The translations under genes were made by a program, and so were the position numbers. Source: a virus (Duplodnaviria > Caudoviricetes). Taken from it: 64,000 nucleotides of DNA. Below the pieces are notes generated by a model. The model made no database searches, was not told the origin of the DNA, and saw only the letters and a list, made by a program, of their open reading frames with translations. The stretch covers positions 3,072 through 67,071 of the IMG/VR virus record IMGVR_UViG_3300032170_000128. One strand, 5' to 3'. Shown piece by piece: positions 45,215 to 54,446 of the stretch. The stretch's first letter is position 1, and each line of letters begins with the position of its first letter.

Positions 45215-45811
45215 TTATTTCTTGTAGTAATCCGTATCTTCGTACCTTACTTCTCCAGTTGAACGGTAATGGGCTACCGTGTTCGACAAGCTTGCATAGG
45301 CCGTTTTCATGTCCTTTTTATTGACATTGAAAACGAAGTTGATGCCGGCACTGACGGCATCGTTGAAGTTTGCCAAGTCCGCCCCGAGAAACAGAAACTT
45401 CCATCCGAAGTCCTTCTCCTTCTCTTTGATCATCTGCTTTACCGTCTCGGCCTTGAATTCTTTGGAATAGTTCTCGTAGCCGTCAGTCAGAATAACAAAC
45501 AACACATCCCTGGCTTCTGGCAGACTCTGGATCGTGTTCCCCATGGCATCCCACAGGGGAGTCAGGTTGCTGGGGACATAATTCGCATCCGACAGGGGGT
45601 TGACATTCTTGATCTCTTCGTTGACATAGCGTTTCTCGACTTTAGCCGAGTTAAAAAGCGTCAGGGAAAATCTCAGCTTGTCGGTTTTATTCTTCTTCTG
45701 TTCTTCGAGAAACGTGTTGAAGCCCCCGATGGTGTCCTTCTTGCAATCCTGCATGGAGCCGGTCTGGTCCAGCAGGAATACAACCTGGCTTTCTTTTTTC
45801 TTCTTGATCAT
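45215..45811 (-). CDS. von Willebrand factor A domain protein
   Basis: MIDAS VVFLLDQTGSM, TPLWDA, VILTDGYENYS. Confidence 0.88.
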   Translation of the reverse strand: MIKKKKESQVVFLLDQTGSMQDCKKDTIGGFNTFLEEQKKNKTDKLRFSLTLFNSAKVEKRYVNEEIKNVNPLSDANYVPSNLTPLWDAMGNTIQSLPEARDVLFVILTDGYENYSKEFKAETVKQMIKEKEKDFGWKFLFLGADLANFNDAVSAGINFVFNVNKKDMKTAYASLSNTVAHYRSTGEVRYEDTDYYKK

Positions 45812-45844
45812 AAATTTACCTCCTAAAATTTAATTGCCTTTGCC

Positions 45845-46276
45845 TTACTTTTCCGCTTTGGATTGAAGCTTGCGAACCGATTCTAAAATGGGTAAATTGG
45901 CTTCTGTGGGAATATAAATAACCTCTGAACTTCCATCGTGCAGGCCGATAATCCACAGATACCGCAAATAAGCCTCATTGTCTTTAAGGCTCTTGCCTAT
46001 AATTTCATTTGCCTCGGCAACGCCCTTCGCTCTTTCAACTTCGGCTTCTGCCAAAGCCTTAGCGGCTTCTTTTTTGGCCTGCGCTTCCTTAATTGTAATC
46101 TGACGGTTCCACTCGGCTTCCTTTAACTGAGCCTTTCCACTAAGCTCTTTCTGCCACACATTGTATTTCGGACAGCCCCACATCCCCAAGGCGATTAAAA
46201 ACATTAAACTAATAATGCCCAAAACCGTCCATAGGACAGGATTAATCCGTCCTGTCTTCTCATTCTGATAATTCAT
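45845..46276 (-). CDS. Membrane-anchored protein resembling SPFH/band-7 C-terminal coiled coil
   Basis: TM helix, AEA/AKA heptads, EANEIIGKSL...YLRYLWI..L...VIYIPTE. Confidence 0.6.
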   Translation of the reverse strand: MNYQNEKTGRINPVLWTVLGIISLMFLIALGMWGCPKYNVWQKELSGKAQLKEAEWNRQITIKEAQAKKEAAKALAEAEVERAKGVAEANEIIGKSLKDNEAYLRYLWIIGLHDGSSEVIYIPTEANLPILESVRKLQSKAEK

Positions 46277-46306
46277 TACCTTTGCCTCCTAGAGTTTGTT
46301 AAGATT

Positions 46307-46654
46307 TTAGTCTCCTTTCCAAATCGCCTCGGGGTGCTGTTTTGCCCATTCAAGAAGAATCGATAAGGCATATCCAGCATTCCCTGGCGTAAGTTTCCAA
46401 TAATCAGAGTCCCGTCGTGTGCCTAGTTCTTTTACTGCCTTCTTAAGCCTTTTGATTGTGTCTTTCGCTTTTTTCCCGTATAGCCATCTTATCCCTTTGT
46501 TCCTGCTCAGGCTTTTTTTGAAAAAATAGCTGTAGTTGTAAGTTATATTCAGCTCGGCGGTATCCGAACCTTGAAGGCAAATTATGCCTCCCTCAAAATG
46601 CTGGTCGACCCCAACGACCCTGCCGTCTTTTTCAAGGCTTACATCATAGCTCAT
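46307..46654 (-). CDS. Conserved hypothetical phage protein
   Basis: MSYDVSL...NITYNYS...SDYWKLTPGNAG pattern. Confidence 0.7.
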   Translation of the reverse strand: MSYDVSLEKDGRVVGVDQHFEGGIICLQGSDTAELNITYNYSYFFKKSLSRNKGIRWLYGKKAKDTIKRLKKAVKELGTRRDSDYWKLTPGNAGYALSILLEWAKQHPEAIWKGD

Positions 46655-46908
46655 GGCCAGCCTCTTTCCTCTTCCTTCCTCCTCCCGCTGCCGGTCTTCT
46701 TACATTCTGAGACGATGAGTTCGATCCCCCGCCGGTCCTTGGGTATCAACCTCAGCTTCTTCCTCACCCGAATCTTTCTTCCGCACCAGGGACAACTCAT
46801 GATGACCGGCTTGTCCAGGGGGAATTTATTCGTGGCCAAGTCGATATCGACATGGCAAATGGGACAGGGGACCTGCTTCTCCGTTTGGAAGATCCCTTTC
46901 GAGTTCAT
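46651..46908 (-). CDS. Small Zn-ribbon protein
   Basis: CPIC...CPWC. Confidence 0.6.
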   Translation of the reverse strand: MNSKGIFQTEKQVPCPICHVDIDLATNKFPLDKPVIMSCPWCGRKIRVRKKLRLIPKDRRGIELIVSECKKTGSGRRKEEERGWP

Positions 46909-47159
46909 TCCTCCTCCTTCCTTCTCTTCCCTATGAGCTCGCCGAACCTATCCAACACCGCCTTTTGATGAAGAGCGGAATAGGCACAAACTCTGCCTAT
47001 CGCATCCGCAAAGTCCAGCAACTCGGCTCTAACCCCCGGGTTGGGTTCCTTTGATGCCTTCGCCTTCAAAGTCTCGCCTATGTGCAACAGCGTCATACAC
47101 GTCTGTGGACCCAAGGAAGGCACGCCGACCAGCACTTCTTTGATGTCATTGCTCATCAT
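46905..47159 (-). CDS. Hypothetical protein
   Basis: In-operon ORF with overlaps. Confidence 0.55.
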   Translation of the reverse strand: MMSNDIKEVLVGVPSLGPQTCMTLLHIGETLKAKASKEPNPGVRAELLDFADAIGRVCAYSALHQKAVLDRFGELIGKRRKEEE

Positions 47160-47595
47160 CCTTCTCCAGTTCGATCTCGTAATTCTTTATCCTCATCCAC
47201 CTAAAAAATGATCTGTTGCTCCTGCTCCTTTTCCAGAATTGAAGAATTTTTAGGTCCATGCAGTTCATGGTGTCCCCGACACAGCCGTGGAAAGGCGGGT
47301 CGCCGTAATGAATAGGGGAGAATTCCGCTTTCTCTTTTCTGATTTTTTTAACCCTTTCTGTGAAAGAGGGGACAGGCTTGCCCATGAGCAACCTTTTAAA
47401 GTTGTCCCCGTTCATCTCCACTTCAAATTTTACGCCACAACGCTGGCAGGCTATCTCTAGCAAAATGACCTCATCGGCATATATGTTGGGACTGAGACTA
47501 GGATGAAACTTGTCGTATCTTGGGACTCCGTTCGTATCAAACCACAGCGGCTCTTCTTTTATTCTCTTTCTGATGTCCTCATAAGATGCGTTCAT
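47146..47595 (-). CDS. Hypothetical protein
   Basis: GGGAGGAG RBS; CQRC and HYGDPPFHGC motifs. Confidence 0.7.
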   Translation of the reverse strand: MNASYEDIRKRIKEEPLWFDTNGVPRYDKFHPSLSPNIYADEVILLEIACQRCGVKFEVEMNGDNFKRLLMGKPVPSFTERVKKIRKEKAEFSPIHYGDPPFHGCVGDTMNCMDLKILQFWKRSRSNRSFFRWMRIKNYEIELEKDDEQ

Positions 47596-48140
47596 TTTTT
47601 TCTCTCCTCCCGCCGTGTGGTGCTGCTTTTTTTGATTTCTCGTTGTTGTTTAATCTCCTTAATTATTTTCTTGAAGATATTCTCTATCTCATCTGGAACC
47701 CGCTCTTTGCCCGCCTTCAGCTTCTCAATATAACTGTTGAATTTCTCGTGGATGGACTCCGGCTTTTTCCCGGTGGCCAGTCCTTCCGCAATCTCCTTGA
47801 ATTGCTCCGGCACATCGAACTCTATGCAGGCATAGGTGCTGTCAAAATCATCGTCGTAATCCCTTATGTAATTCGGATGCTTCGGCAACTTATAACTGAT
47901 GATGCATCCCGGGCATCGGCAATCTTCTCCCTCTTGAGATTTAGCATAACTAAATCCCCAATGAGGTCTGTTTCCTCCGCCGTTTCGGGTGTAGAGGGTG
48001 ATCTTCGTTCCGTCTTCATTCAGATAAATGTCCCTGAACCGCCCGCTGTGCCATTTCTCGTCAGGCTGGTCTATGTCCAGAATGAAAAGCAGTAAAGGTG
48101 CTATTTTATTTACGCCGAAAAGCAAGTTGTATAAACTCAA
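47592..48140 (-). CDS. Hypothetical protein (182 aa)
   Basis: TTG start with AAGGAGG RBS; GRFRD, LYTRNGGGNR, DDDFDSTYA motifs. Confidence 0.75.
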   Translation of the reverse strand: MSLYNLLFGVNKIAPLLLFILDIDQPDEKWHSGRFRDIYLNEDGTKITLYTRNGGGNRPHWGFSYAKSQEGEDCRCPGCIISYKLPKHPNYIRDYDDDFDSTYACIEFDVPEQFKEIAEGLATGKKPESIHEKFNSYIEKLKAGKERVPDEIENIFKKIIKEIKQQREIKKSSTTRREERKK

Positions 48141-48180
48141 TTTTTCCTCCTTTGCGACATTTCTCCAGACTGTAATCGTT

Positions 48181-48282
48181 CCTTGCCCTGCCTCGCCTAG
48201 CCTCGCCTAGCCTCGCCTGGCCGGGCCTCGCCCAGCCGTGCCGTGCCAAGCCGGGCCACGCCCCGCCGGGCCTCGCCCCGCC
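48181..48282 (-). repeat. Phased pentanucleotide array (GGCNN)20
   Basis: Twenty consecutive CCNNG units on + strand with exact 5-nt period and variable NN. Confidence 0.95.
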
Positions 48283-48293
48283 ACTCATATTAT

Positions 48294-48986
48294 TCATCCC
48301 CTGTCTTCGATTTTCTCCCCGAGCAACCGGCTCAGGTTGCCCTTCAGCCTGACTCGGGTAAACTCCTGTAACGCACCAATCAGCCTCTTGAGTTCTTGTG
48401 TCCCCGGCTCCGGTAGCTTATGACCCTGGCTGTCCGCCCCTATGGACACGAACTCCGGCTTGATCTGCTTGAGCCAGTACACGAACCGGTCTAGGTCGAA
48501 TCTCAGCACTGGCTCAATGCTCACCATACGCCGCCTGTGCCTCAGCCCCATCATTGCGGCCGCTCGCTCAAGAGGGTCTGGTGCCCTGCTCAGGTCCTGA
48601 TAATGGATATCCGACTCCAGCGTCGTCCCGAAGATGCTGCCTGCCGGGAAATCCTTCAAGAAGCTGTGGAACCGCCATGGGTCCTTGCTCTGGAAAAGAT
48701 ATGTATTTTGGGTACCTCGGCACTTCTCCAGCACGGCCTTGATCCAGCCTTTCGGAATATTCCTTGCGAACAGGTCGCACCCGCTGCATACGAAAATGAT
48801 CCTACCTGTCCCCAAGTAGACCTTCAGCTCCTCCTCCTTGAGCCGGATTGGACGGAGCTTGAACCTCTTCATGTAGCAGTAGGCACAGGCATGGATACAG
48901 AGGCCGGCCACCGGATTCCAAGTATGCGTCGCCCAGGGGTACATGTTCCCTCGTGATTTATTTAACGGCATCAAACCCACCCTCAT
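48294..48986 (-). CDS. DUF5131 (phage Gp37/Gp68) radical-SAM-like protein
   Basis: WNPVAGLCIHACAYCY (CxxxCxxC), YLFQSK, VSIEP, VSIGADS. Confidence 0.85.
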   Translation of the reverse strand: MRVGLMPLNKSRGNMYPWATHTWNPVAGLCIHACAYCYMKRFKLRPIRLKEEELKVYLGTGRIIFVCSGCDLFARNIPKGWIKAVLEKCRGTQNTYLFQSKDPWRFHSFLKDFPAGSIFGTTLESDIHYQDLSRAPDPLERAAAMMGLRHRRRMVSIEPVLRFDLDRFVYWLKQIKPEFVSIGADSQGHKLPEPGTQELKRLIGALQEFTRVRLKGNLSRLLGEKIEDRG

Positions 48987-49765
48987 TAATCAACCCAGCC
49001 TAAGATTCTCCTTCTTGAAACAGGATCCACAATTTCAAGGTTGCGAAAAACCTGATGCCACTCGTCAAGGATAGTGGTTCTGTGATCTGGATGGCGAATC
49101 TTTCCCCGAACAAACTGGTGTACCTCTCCCTTGATGTTGAGTTCTAAGTACTCATCGGCCTCATGCGGAGTTCCTGCGGGTTCCATGCCGACCTCGGAGA
49201 CAGGATGATGCCTCCAAATCTTCCATGATGCTTTCTTCATCCTGGCGAGCCTTTTTTTCTGGCCTTCCGTAGCAGGGATGAAAAACCACTCGCCTTGCCT
49301 CTTGGCACTCTTCCGTAGCCTTCCTTTTCTCTCCAGATGCGATGGCCTGAGAACTCGATGGGCATCCTCGACTTTATTCACCGCTCCGCCTCTTGGAAGC
49401 TGGGTGATAAAATAGTGCGTTTCATCCAGACCCATAAGATATTTCCTCGCACTTGCATCTGAGACCCCACTTTTCCATTCGCCCCCAAACATCTTCCCCG
49501 GCTCGGGTTCAAAGTAACGGAATTTCCTTCTCGGCTCCCTAACAAACAACAAAACCTGATTCCTCTTGTAATCAATGTCCAGGACGAAAACCTCATTCTT
49601 CTCGCTTCCGCAGTAAATTCCAAAATGCTCGCGACTCCCTCCTCTCTCCCGTCGAATGGTCATCTGAAAGATTCTATCGTCATCTGTTCGAACAATTGGT
49701 TTTTTAGCAACCCAACAATTTAAACCCACCTTCTCAAAAAATTCTCTAATTTTTTCTTCTCTCAT
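48986..49765 (-). CDS. Conserved hypothetical protein (259 aa; start revised)
   Basis: ATGA overlap at 49762-49765; RQGEWFF and IRHPDH motifs. Confidence 0.7.
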   Translation of the reverse strand: MREEKIREFFEKVGLNCWVAKKPIVRTDDDRIFQMTIRRERGGSREHFGIYCGSEKNEVFVLDIDYKRNQVLLFVREPRRKFRYFEPEPGKMFGGEWKSGVSDASARKYLMGLDETHYFITQLPRGGAVNKVEDAHRVLRPSHLERKGRLRKSAKRQGEWFFIPATEGQKKRLARMKKASWKIWRHHPVSEVGMEPAGTPHEADEYLELNIKGEVHQFVRGKIRHPDHRTTILDEWHQVFRNLEIVDPVSRRRILGWVD

Positions 49766-49935
49766 TTTTCTTCTCCTTTTCTCGCAATCTCGAGCAACTT
49801 TTCCAGGAGCCATATCCTGGTGTCCTTGAGTTTTATTAACTTCCTGAGTCCGCCTATCTTCAGGGAGGCGAAAAAACCAGCGACCAGGATGCCCGCAATA
49901 ATCCCGCCTCCGAAAATCAGCCAGCCTATGTTCAT
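49762..49935 (-). CDS. Small membrane protein
   Basis: MNIGWLIFGGGIIAGILVAGFF TM; ATGA overlaps both sides. Confidence 0.6.
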   Translation of the reverse strand: MNIGWLIFGGGIIAGILVAGFFASLKIGGLRKLIKLKDTRIWLLEKLLEIARKGEEK

Positions 49936-50120
49936 GATGCCTCTTTTGTTTCCTGTGGCCATGAGTACTGACAGCTCTGGCAATGGCATTCCAAAAATTC
50001 GCCACTGTGCAGACCGACTTTTGACCCGAGACCAGCATATGGATGGTGCCGTCTATTTACTTTTCTCGAACCGCATTTGGGACATGATGGCGGTTTTTTA
50101 GTGAAAGGGATTTTTTCCAT
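49932..50120 (-). CDS. Small Zn-ribbon protein
   Basis: CPKC...CHCQSC. Confidence 0.6.
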   Translation of the reverse strand: MEKIPFTKKPPSCPKCGSRKVNRRHHPYAGLGSKVGLHSGEFLECHCQSCQYSWPQETKEAS

Positions 50121-50142
50121 TTACGCCTTCTCTTCACTTTCT

Positions 50143-50529
50143 TCACTCGATAGGTTTAATAGTGAGAATCTTTTTGCTGTAGAACCAGTTTGAAAGGGGA
50201 TGGGTGGCCCAGAATTTCATGCTCGCCAATTCTTCATTCTTCTCCACGGCCTTTTGCTGGATGGCGGCCAGCTCAAGCGGAGAAATATTCTCGTTGAGTC
50301 TTGCCTTGTCCAGCGTCGACTGCACGGCCTCGAATTTCCTCACATGGAGATCAGCACACGGTCCTCTCATGACAATGGCAGTCAGGCAGACAACCAACAA
50401 CATCCCGCCGATGACGAGAGTCATTGTGGCCACCATCTCCCACGCACTGTAATCGCTTTTGGCGTGGTGAATCGCAAGAAAAACTAATCCCAGAAAAATA
50501 ATGAAAATACACAGTAAAGTTAAAATCAT
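50143..50529 (-). CDS. Two-TM membrane protein
   Basis: AGGAGG RBS before ATG 50529; two N-terminal hydrophobic helices. Confidence 0.65.
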   Translation of the reverse strand: MILTLLCIFIIFLGLVFLAIHHAKSDYSAWEMVATMTLVIGGMLLVVCLTAIVMRGPCADLHVRKFEAVQSTLDKARLNENISPLELAAIQQKAVEKNEELASMKFWATHPLSNWFYSKKILTIKPIE

Positions 50530-50537
50530 GATGCCTC

Positions 50538-51284
50538 CTATAATGGCGGTTTCGCCCGATATTTCGGGTCCGCATATTTGATGTAAGGCTCCCAAGTTGA
50601 CGGTATGTTTTTCGCCTTGTTTCCGTTGTAGAGGAAGCTCTTCGCATGTTTCACATATTGCTCCGGCGTCTCGTTCGCATTCAATATGTTTATGTAGCCG
50701 GTTAGTGCATCCTCAAGACTCTGCGGATCCACGCCTTCGTTCTCTACAAGGTATAGCCACTTGGACTTCGCCTTCCCCTTGTCCTCTACCCTTGGATAGC
50801 GTTTCCACCAATTTTCAAATAGTTTTTCCGGTTCTCCATGCGCATATGTTTTAATTCCTTTTACTTTACTTTCATTTACTTTACTTATCGATGCGTTCTC
50901 ATGACCTACTCCTGAGTTCGCATGAGTTGGCTTAATAATTTGCCCTTTTTTCGGGTCTGGAATTGTCGTTTTCGCCTCCCTCGTCGGGTCTATTTTCTGA
51001 AGCGTTTTTTTGAATTGAAGGTAGTTCTCGCCATCGCACACATACAGGATTATCAGCCTGCCCTCGTTGAGTTCATGGATAAGCCGTTCTATCTTTCTTA
51101 TGGTCATAGACTTGACCTTCGGGAACACATGGCCTTTTATGATCTCCGGATCCGCCGAGTGCCGGCCTTCAACATCAAGCCAAGGTATAAGCCAAGTGTA
51201 GAGCAGGCGGGCCGAGTCGGATGGCAGAGCACCGAGCTTCTTGCTCTCCGATATGACCTTCTTAAGCATGCGTCCTTCCGGCAT
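50538..51284 (-). CDS. Phage replication initiator/replisome organizer-like protein
   Basis: RMLKKVISES...ARLLYTWLI...D.EGR N-terminal wHTH; C-terminal FENWWKRYP...KGKAKSKW...YVKHAKSFL. Confidence 0.75.
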   Translation of the reverse strand: MPEGRMLKKVISESKKLGALPSDSARLLYTWLIPWLDVEGRHSADPEIIKGHVFPKVKSMTIRKIERLIHELNEGRLIILYVCDGENYLQFKKTLQKIDPTREAKTTIPDPKKGQIIKPTHANSGVGHENASISKVNESKVKGIKTYAHGEPEKLFENWWKRYPRVEDKGKAKSKWLYLVENEGVDPQSLEDALTGYINILNANETPEQYVKHAKSFLYNGNKAKNIPSTWEPYIKYADPKYRAKPPL

Positions 51285-51331
51285 TTATGGATTCCTTATT
51301 CGAATTCTGGTCATTTATTTTCCCAATTATT

Positions 51332-51961
51332 TTATGAATTAAGATTTTTATTATTTCTTAATTCTCTATCTCTTTCCCCATAAAGCGTATAGTGAATAAA
51401 AGGCAGGGGAATTGTTTCTATTGGAATTGAAATATTAAGCGTTTGTGTGCTTTTATTTGAATGTTGAAGACCAAATAAATGATAATCAAAACTATTAAAA
51501 ATCCATGATTTAACTCTAACCCAATCTAAATCAATCACATCATAAAGCTTGGAGTTCATATATCTAAAAAAGATTAATCTATCGCCAGTGCATTTGTATA
51601 ACCAACCAATAGCTTGGTGGATTGTCTTTATCGCATTTTGTTCGTTATAAAATCTATCTCTAAAAAGATAAGAATAGTCTAGAATCTCCCGTTTTCTCTC
51701 ATCATATCCAGGCACTTGTAAGGCTGGTATTGTTTGAATTAATTCAACTAAAATATCTGCCCTATTAAGTATCTGCTTGTTATTTTCATCAAAGTACCTT
51801 CGTTTAATTTCTGCTTTTAGAAATAAATTTCTATGCCATATAAGCCAATCAAATTCTAAATTTTTATCTTCGAATGAATGAATTTTAATATTAGAACCAT
51901 AGGTTTTTTGTAAATATGTTATTTCTTCTGGTTTGGGTTTATTATTCATTTCCAAACACAT
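51332..51961 (-). CDS. PD-(D/E)xK nuclease-like protein
   Basis: FDWLI...KAEIKRR, ADILVE, GWLYKC; very AT-rich; coupled to MT-A70 gene. Confidence 0.5.
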   Translation of the reverse strand: MCLEMNNKPKPEEITYLQKTYGSNIKIHSFEDKNLEFDWLIWHRNLFLKAEIKRRYFDENNKQILNRADILVELIQTIPALQVPGYDERKREILDYSYLFRDRFYNEQNAIKTIHQAIGWLYKCTGDRLIFFRYMNSKLYDVIDLDWVRVKSWIFNSFDYHLFGLQHSNKSTQTLNISIPIETIPLPFIHYTLYGERDRELRNNKNLNS

Positions 51962-53036
51962 CCCAACCTTTTTTTATTTCCTCTTCTTCTCCTCTCCAAA
52001 ATAGCTCAATTCTATTTCCCCATGTGTAAAGAGAGTCGATTAAGTCCCTAAAATAAACGGGTTTTTCTGAATGCTTTCCAGACTTTTCAATTGACACAAC
52101 CGAGTCGTATAATTTTTTGATGTCAGGCGTGCTTACCCCCTTGCCAGCAATCAATAAAAATTCATGTCTTACTGAATTATAGTAACCAAAATTGTGTTTT
52201 ACTTTATCCCATACAAAAGAGGTCTTATATTCAAAATCCCAAGCCTTAATTACCTTAAAAGCCAGTTCTAATTTAGGCGAAGTACCCCATAAAAATAAAA
52301 CAGCATCGTCGGTTGTGATTTCTGAAACCGGCATCTCGCAAATTTCTTCAAGGGTCATAGTACGGTAGACTTTTTTAACATCCCCATATTTAAAAGGGAG
52401 CCATTGCTTGTAATTCCAAGGCGGGTCTGCATAAATTATCCTGTATTTTTCGTCTGTTTTTAATTGAAGGGCTTTTAAGGATTCCCGCATTTCTAACCTT
52501 CGTATTTCGTTATAAACCGCATTTATGCTTGCCTCTCCTGTCCTCAATTTATCAATCTGTTCTGCCTCGGCTTTTTCTAATATTATCTCGACTTTATAAA
52601 TCGTGTCATGGGAAACTCCAGCTATTTTAGAAAGTTCTTCCTGAGTCCAACCCTCTACAGAATTCTGTTGAGGGTCTATTTTTACACCTACAAGCATTCT
52701 TTTTTCTGCTTCCTCAGCAATCAATGGCTTAAGCCTCAAAGCCAATTCGCTTCTCTGAAAATATGTCAGGTTGCGCCTAGTGAATTGATTTTTAATTATC
52801 CAGATTTTAGCCTCCGCCCGATTTTTCACTTTGGCCTCTTTTGTCTCAAACTCTAAGCCATGAGCATTGCAGATCTCATATCGATGGTGTCCATCCAAAA
52901 TTTTTCCCCGCCAGATTATTAAAAATTCTCGACAACCCTCTTCAAGAAGGCTTTTTTCAAGCAAGTTCTTTTCTGCCTCTGTAAGAGGAAAAATTAAAGA
53001 CCGGAATTCTTTATCTATGCTAATTTTCCTCATCAT
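51942..53036 (-). CDS. ParB-like N-terminus + MT-A70 family N6-adenine methyltransferase
   Basis: ILDGHHRY ParB-like; IIYADPPW, LFLWGT, WDK, HEFLLI, HSEKP, RIELF, GWDVFGNE. Confidence 0.88.
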   Translation of the reverse strand: MMRKISIDKEFRSLIFPLTEAEKNLLEKSLLEEGCREFLIIWRGKILDGHHRYEICNAHGLEFETKEAKVKNRAEAKIWIIKNQFTRRNLTYFQRSELALRLKPLIAEEAEKRMLVGVKIDPQQNSVEGWTQEELSKIAGVSHDTIYKVEIILEKAEAEQIDKLRTGEASINAVYNEIRRLEMRESLKALQLKTDEKYRIIYADPPWNYKQWLPFKYGDVKKVYRTMTLEEICEMPVSEITTDDAVLFLWGTSPKLELAFKVIKAWDFEYKTSFVWDKVKHNFGYYNSVRHEFLLIAGKGVSTPDIKKLYDSVVSIEKSGKHSEKPVYFRDLIDSLYTWGNRIELFWRGEEEEIKKGWDVFGNE

Positions 53037-53050
53037 CTACCTATCTCAAT

Positions 53051-53158
53051 CCCGCCCCCGGCCGGAATGAAAACAAACGAATCCTAATATCATGGGAGAT
53101 GCCCCGAACGGGGTTGAGATGCCTGGATTTACAGGCGAGGAGATGTGCCGGGGGCGGG
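53051..53158. ncRNA. Candidate multi-hairpin structured element upstream of MT-A70 gene
   Basis: Perfect 12-bp closing repeat CCCGCCCCCGGC/GCCGGGGGCGGG, two inner hairpins, three GAGATG spacers. Confidence 0.45.
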
Positions 53159-53161
53159 GTT

Positions 53162-53368
53162 TCATTCTTTTTGCTCCTTTAATTTCCTTGCCAAGTCTAC
53201 TAGCTGATTAAAAGGGTTGATTTCCCGAATCCTGCAAAGTTTATTCATTTGAACCCATGTCGCAGCCCAATAACCGAACATGTAGAATTTGTATCCTGCC
53301 AAAGAATCGAAGGCCTTCTTCTTGGCTTCTTCCCGGTATTCCTCAGGCGTTTTTTTATATCCTTTCAT
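53162..53368 (-). CDS. Hypothetical protein
   Basis: In-operon ORF with ATGA overlap. Confidence 0.6.
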   Translation of the reverse strand: MKGYKKTPEEYREEAKKKAFDSLAGYKFYMFGYWAATWVQMNKLCRIREINPFNQLVDLARKLKEQKE

Positions 53369-53610
53369 TTCATTCCCAGTCTTTTTTCAATGGCCTTGAT
53401 ACGTCTATCGTGTTCCATAACTTTCTTTACAAGCAGCCTTTTCTCTTTACGGACCAGCTTCCAGTACTTCTGCTGGTGGTCAGGGCAACAGAAGTCCTGA
53501 TGCGGCCTGTTCGGCTTGAACCATTTTTCGCATTCTCCGAATTCTGAGAGTTTGCAGAGCTTGAGCGGAGTCTTTATCGGAGTCCCTTTCTTTTTTTGCA
53601 TATCATGCAT
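53365..53610 (-). CDS. Small Cys-containing protein
   Basis: C...CEKWF...Q.FCC..H pattern. Confidence 0.55.
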   Translation of the reverse strand: MHDMQKKKGTPIKTPLKLCKLSEFGECEKWFKPNRPHQDFCCPDHQQKYWKLVRKEKRLLVKKVMEHDRRIKAIEKRLGMK

Positions 53611-53679
53611 TTACACGCATCCTTCGGCTATTTCTTGTAGCACTTGAGACTCTCAATCGCCTTCCAAATCCTTCTCCTC

Positions 53680-54387
53680 TCAATTAAAAAGACATTCGCA
53701 TCTCTGATCCAAAACTACCCCGAAGGGAAGCTCCTCTTGTTTATCCAGATCAGCTACGAATTGCTCAATGGTCATGCCAGTTATAAAGGTAAAGTTTTCG
53801 TGTTTGAAAATGGAACCCTTCTCTAAATTAACGGCAACCTTCCAGAGATCAGGATAATATTTTTTGAGCTCAATCCATTGTCTTTTCCTCTGATATGGGC
53901 AGATAAAACATCCTGATTTCTGGGGGATCCCCAGTCCAGCCTCTTTGATTGTTTTCTTGCATCCATTTCGGTCTATTCCCAATTCGATAAGGGGGAATTT
54001 CCTTTCCTTGTACCTCGACCTCTCGGCCCGATGAGCTTCGCCCATGTCAATGCCTAAAATCATCTCAAAGTCATCATCTAAGGATTTTGCAAACATTCTC
54101 AACGGCTGAATTTTCCAATAGTCCGTACACCATCGATTCATCCGAGATGGAATAAAGCTCTTCTTCTGGCAATATTCAATAAGGGTCATGCCTTTATTCC
54201 CGCCCGTGAGATAAATGATCTTCACGCCCTTTGATTCCATATAATCCATATATTTATATGTGTGTGGCCACTCTGCCCCTGTATCTGAAAAAACAATATA
54301 ATCGGGCATCGGAATTCTTTCGAGCATGGCAAGGGCAATAATTGCCGTACTGTTCACTCCTGCTCCGAAACTGAGAATTGTCTTCAT
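53680..54387 (-). CDS. PAPS reductase (CysH/DndC-like) family protein
   Basis: ILSFGAGVNS PP-loop, FSDTGAEWP.TY, RWC, KSGCFICPY. Confidence 0.82.
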   Translation of the reverse strand: MKTILSFGAGVNSTAIIALAMLERIPMPDYIVFSDTGAEWPHTYKYMDYMESKGVKIIYLTGGNKGMTLIEYCQKKSFIPSRMNRWCTDYWKIQPLRMFAKSLDDDFEMILGIDMGEAHRAERSRYKERKFPLIELGIDRNGCKKTIKEAGLGIPQKSGCFICPYQRKRQWIELKKYYPDLWKVAVNLEKGSIFKHENFTFITGMTIEQFVADLDKQEELPFGVVLDQRCECLFN

Positions 54388-54446
54388 CTTTTTTCCTTCT
54401 TCAATCTGTCAACCGCCTCCCGAACCTCCTTGCTGTTTTGTCTTGA

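Noticed and set aside
48181-48282. CRISPR array or REP element
   Set aside because: 5-nt period without spacers or palindromic unit; reported instead as a phased repeat.
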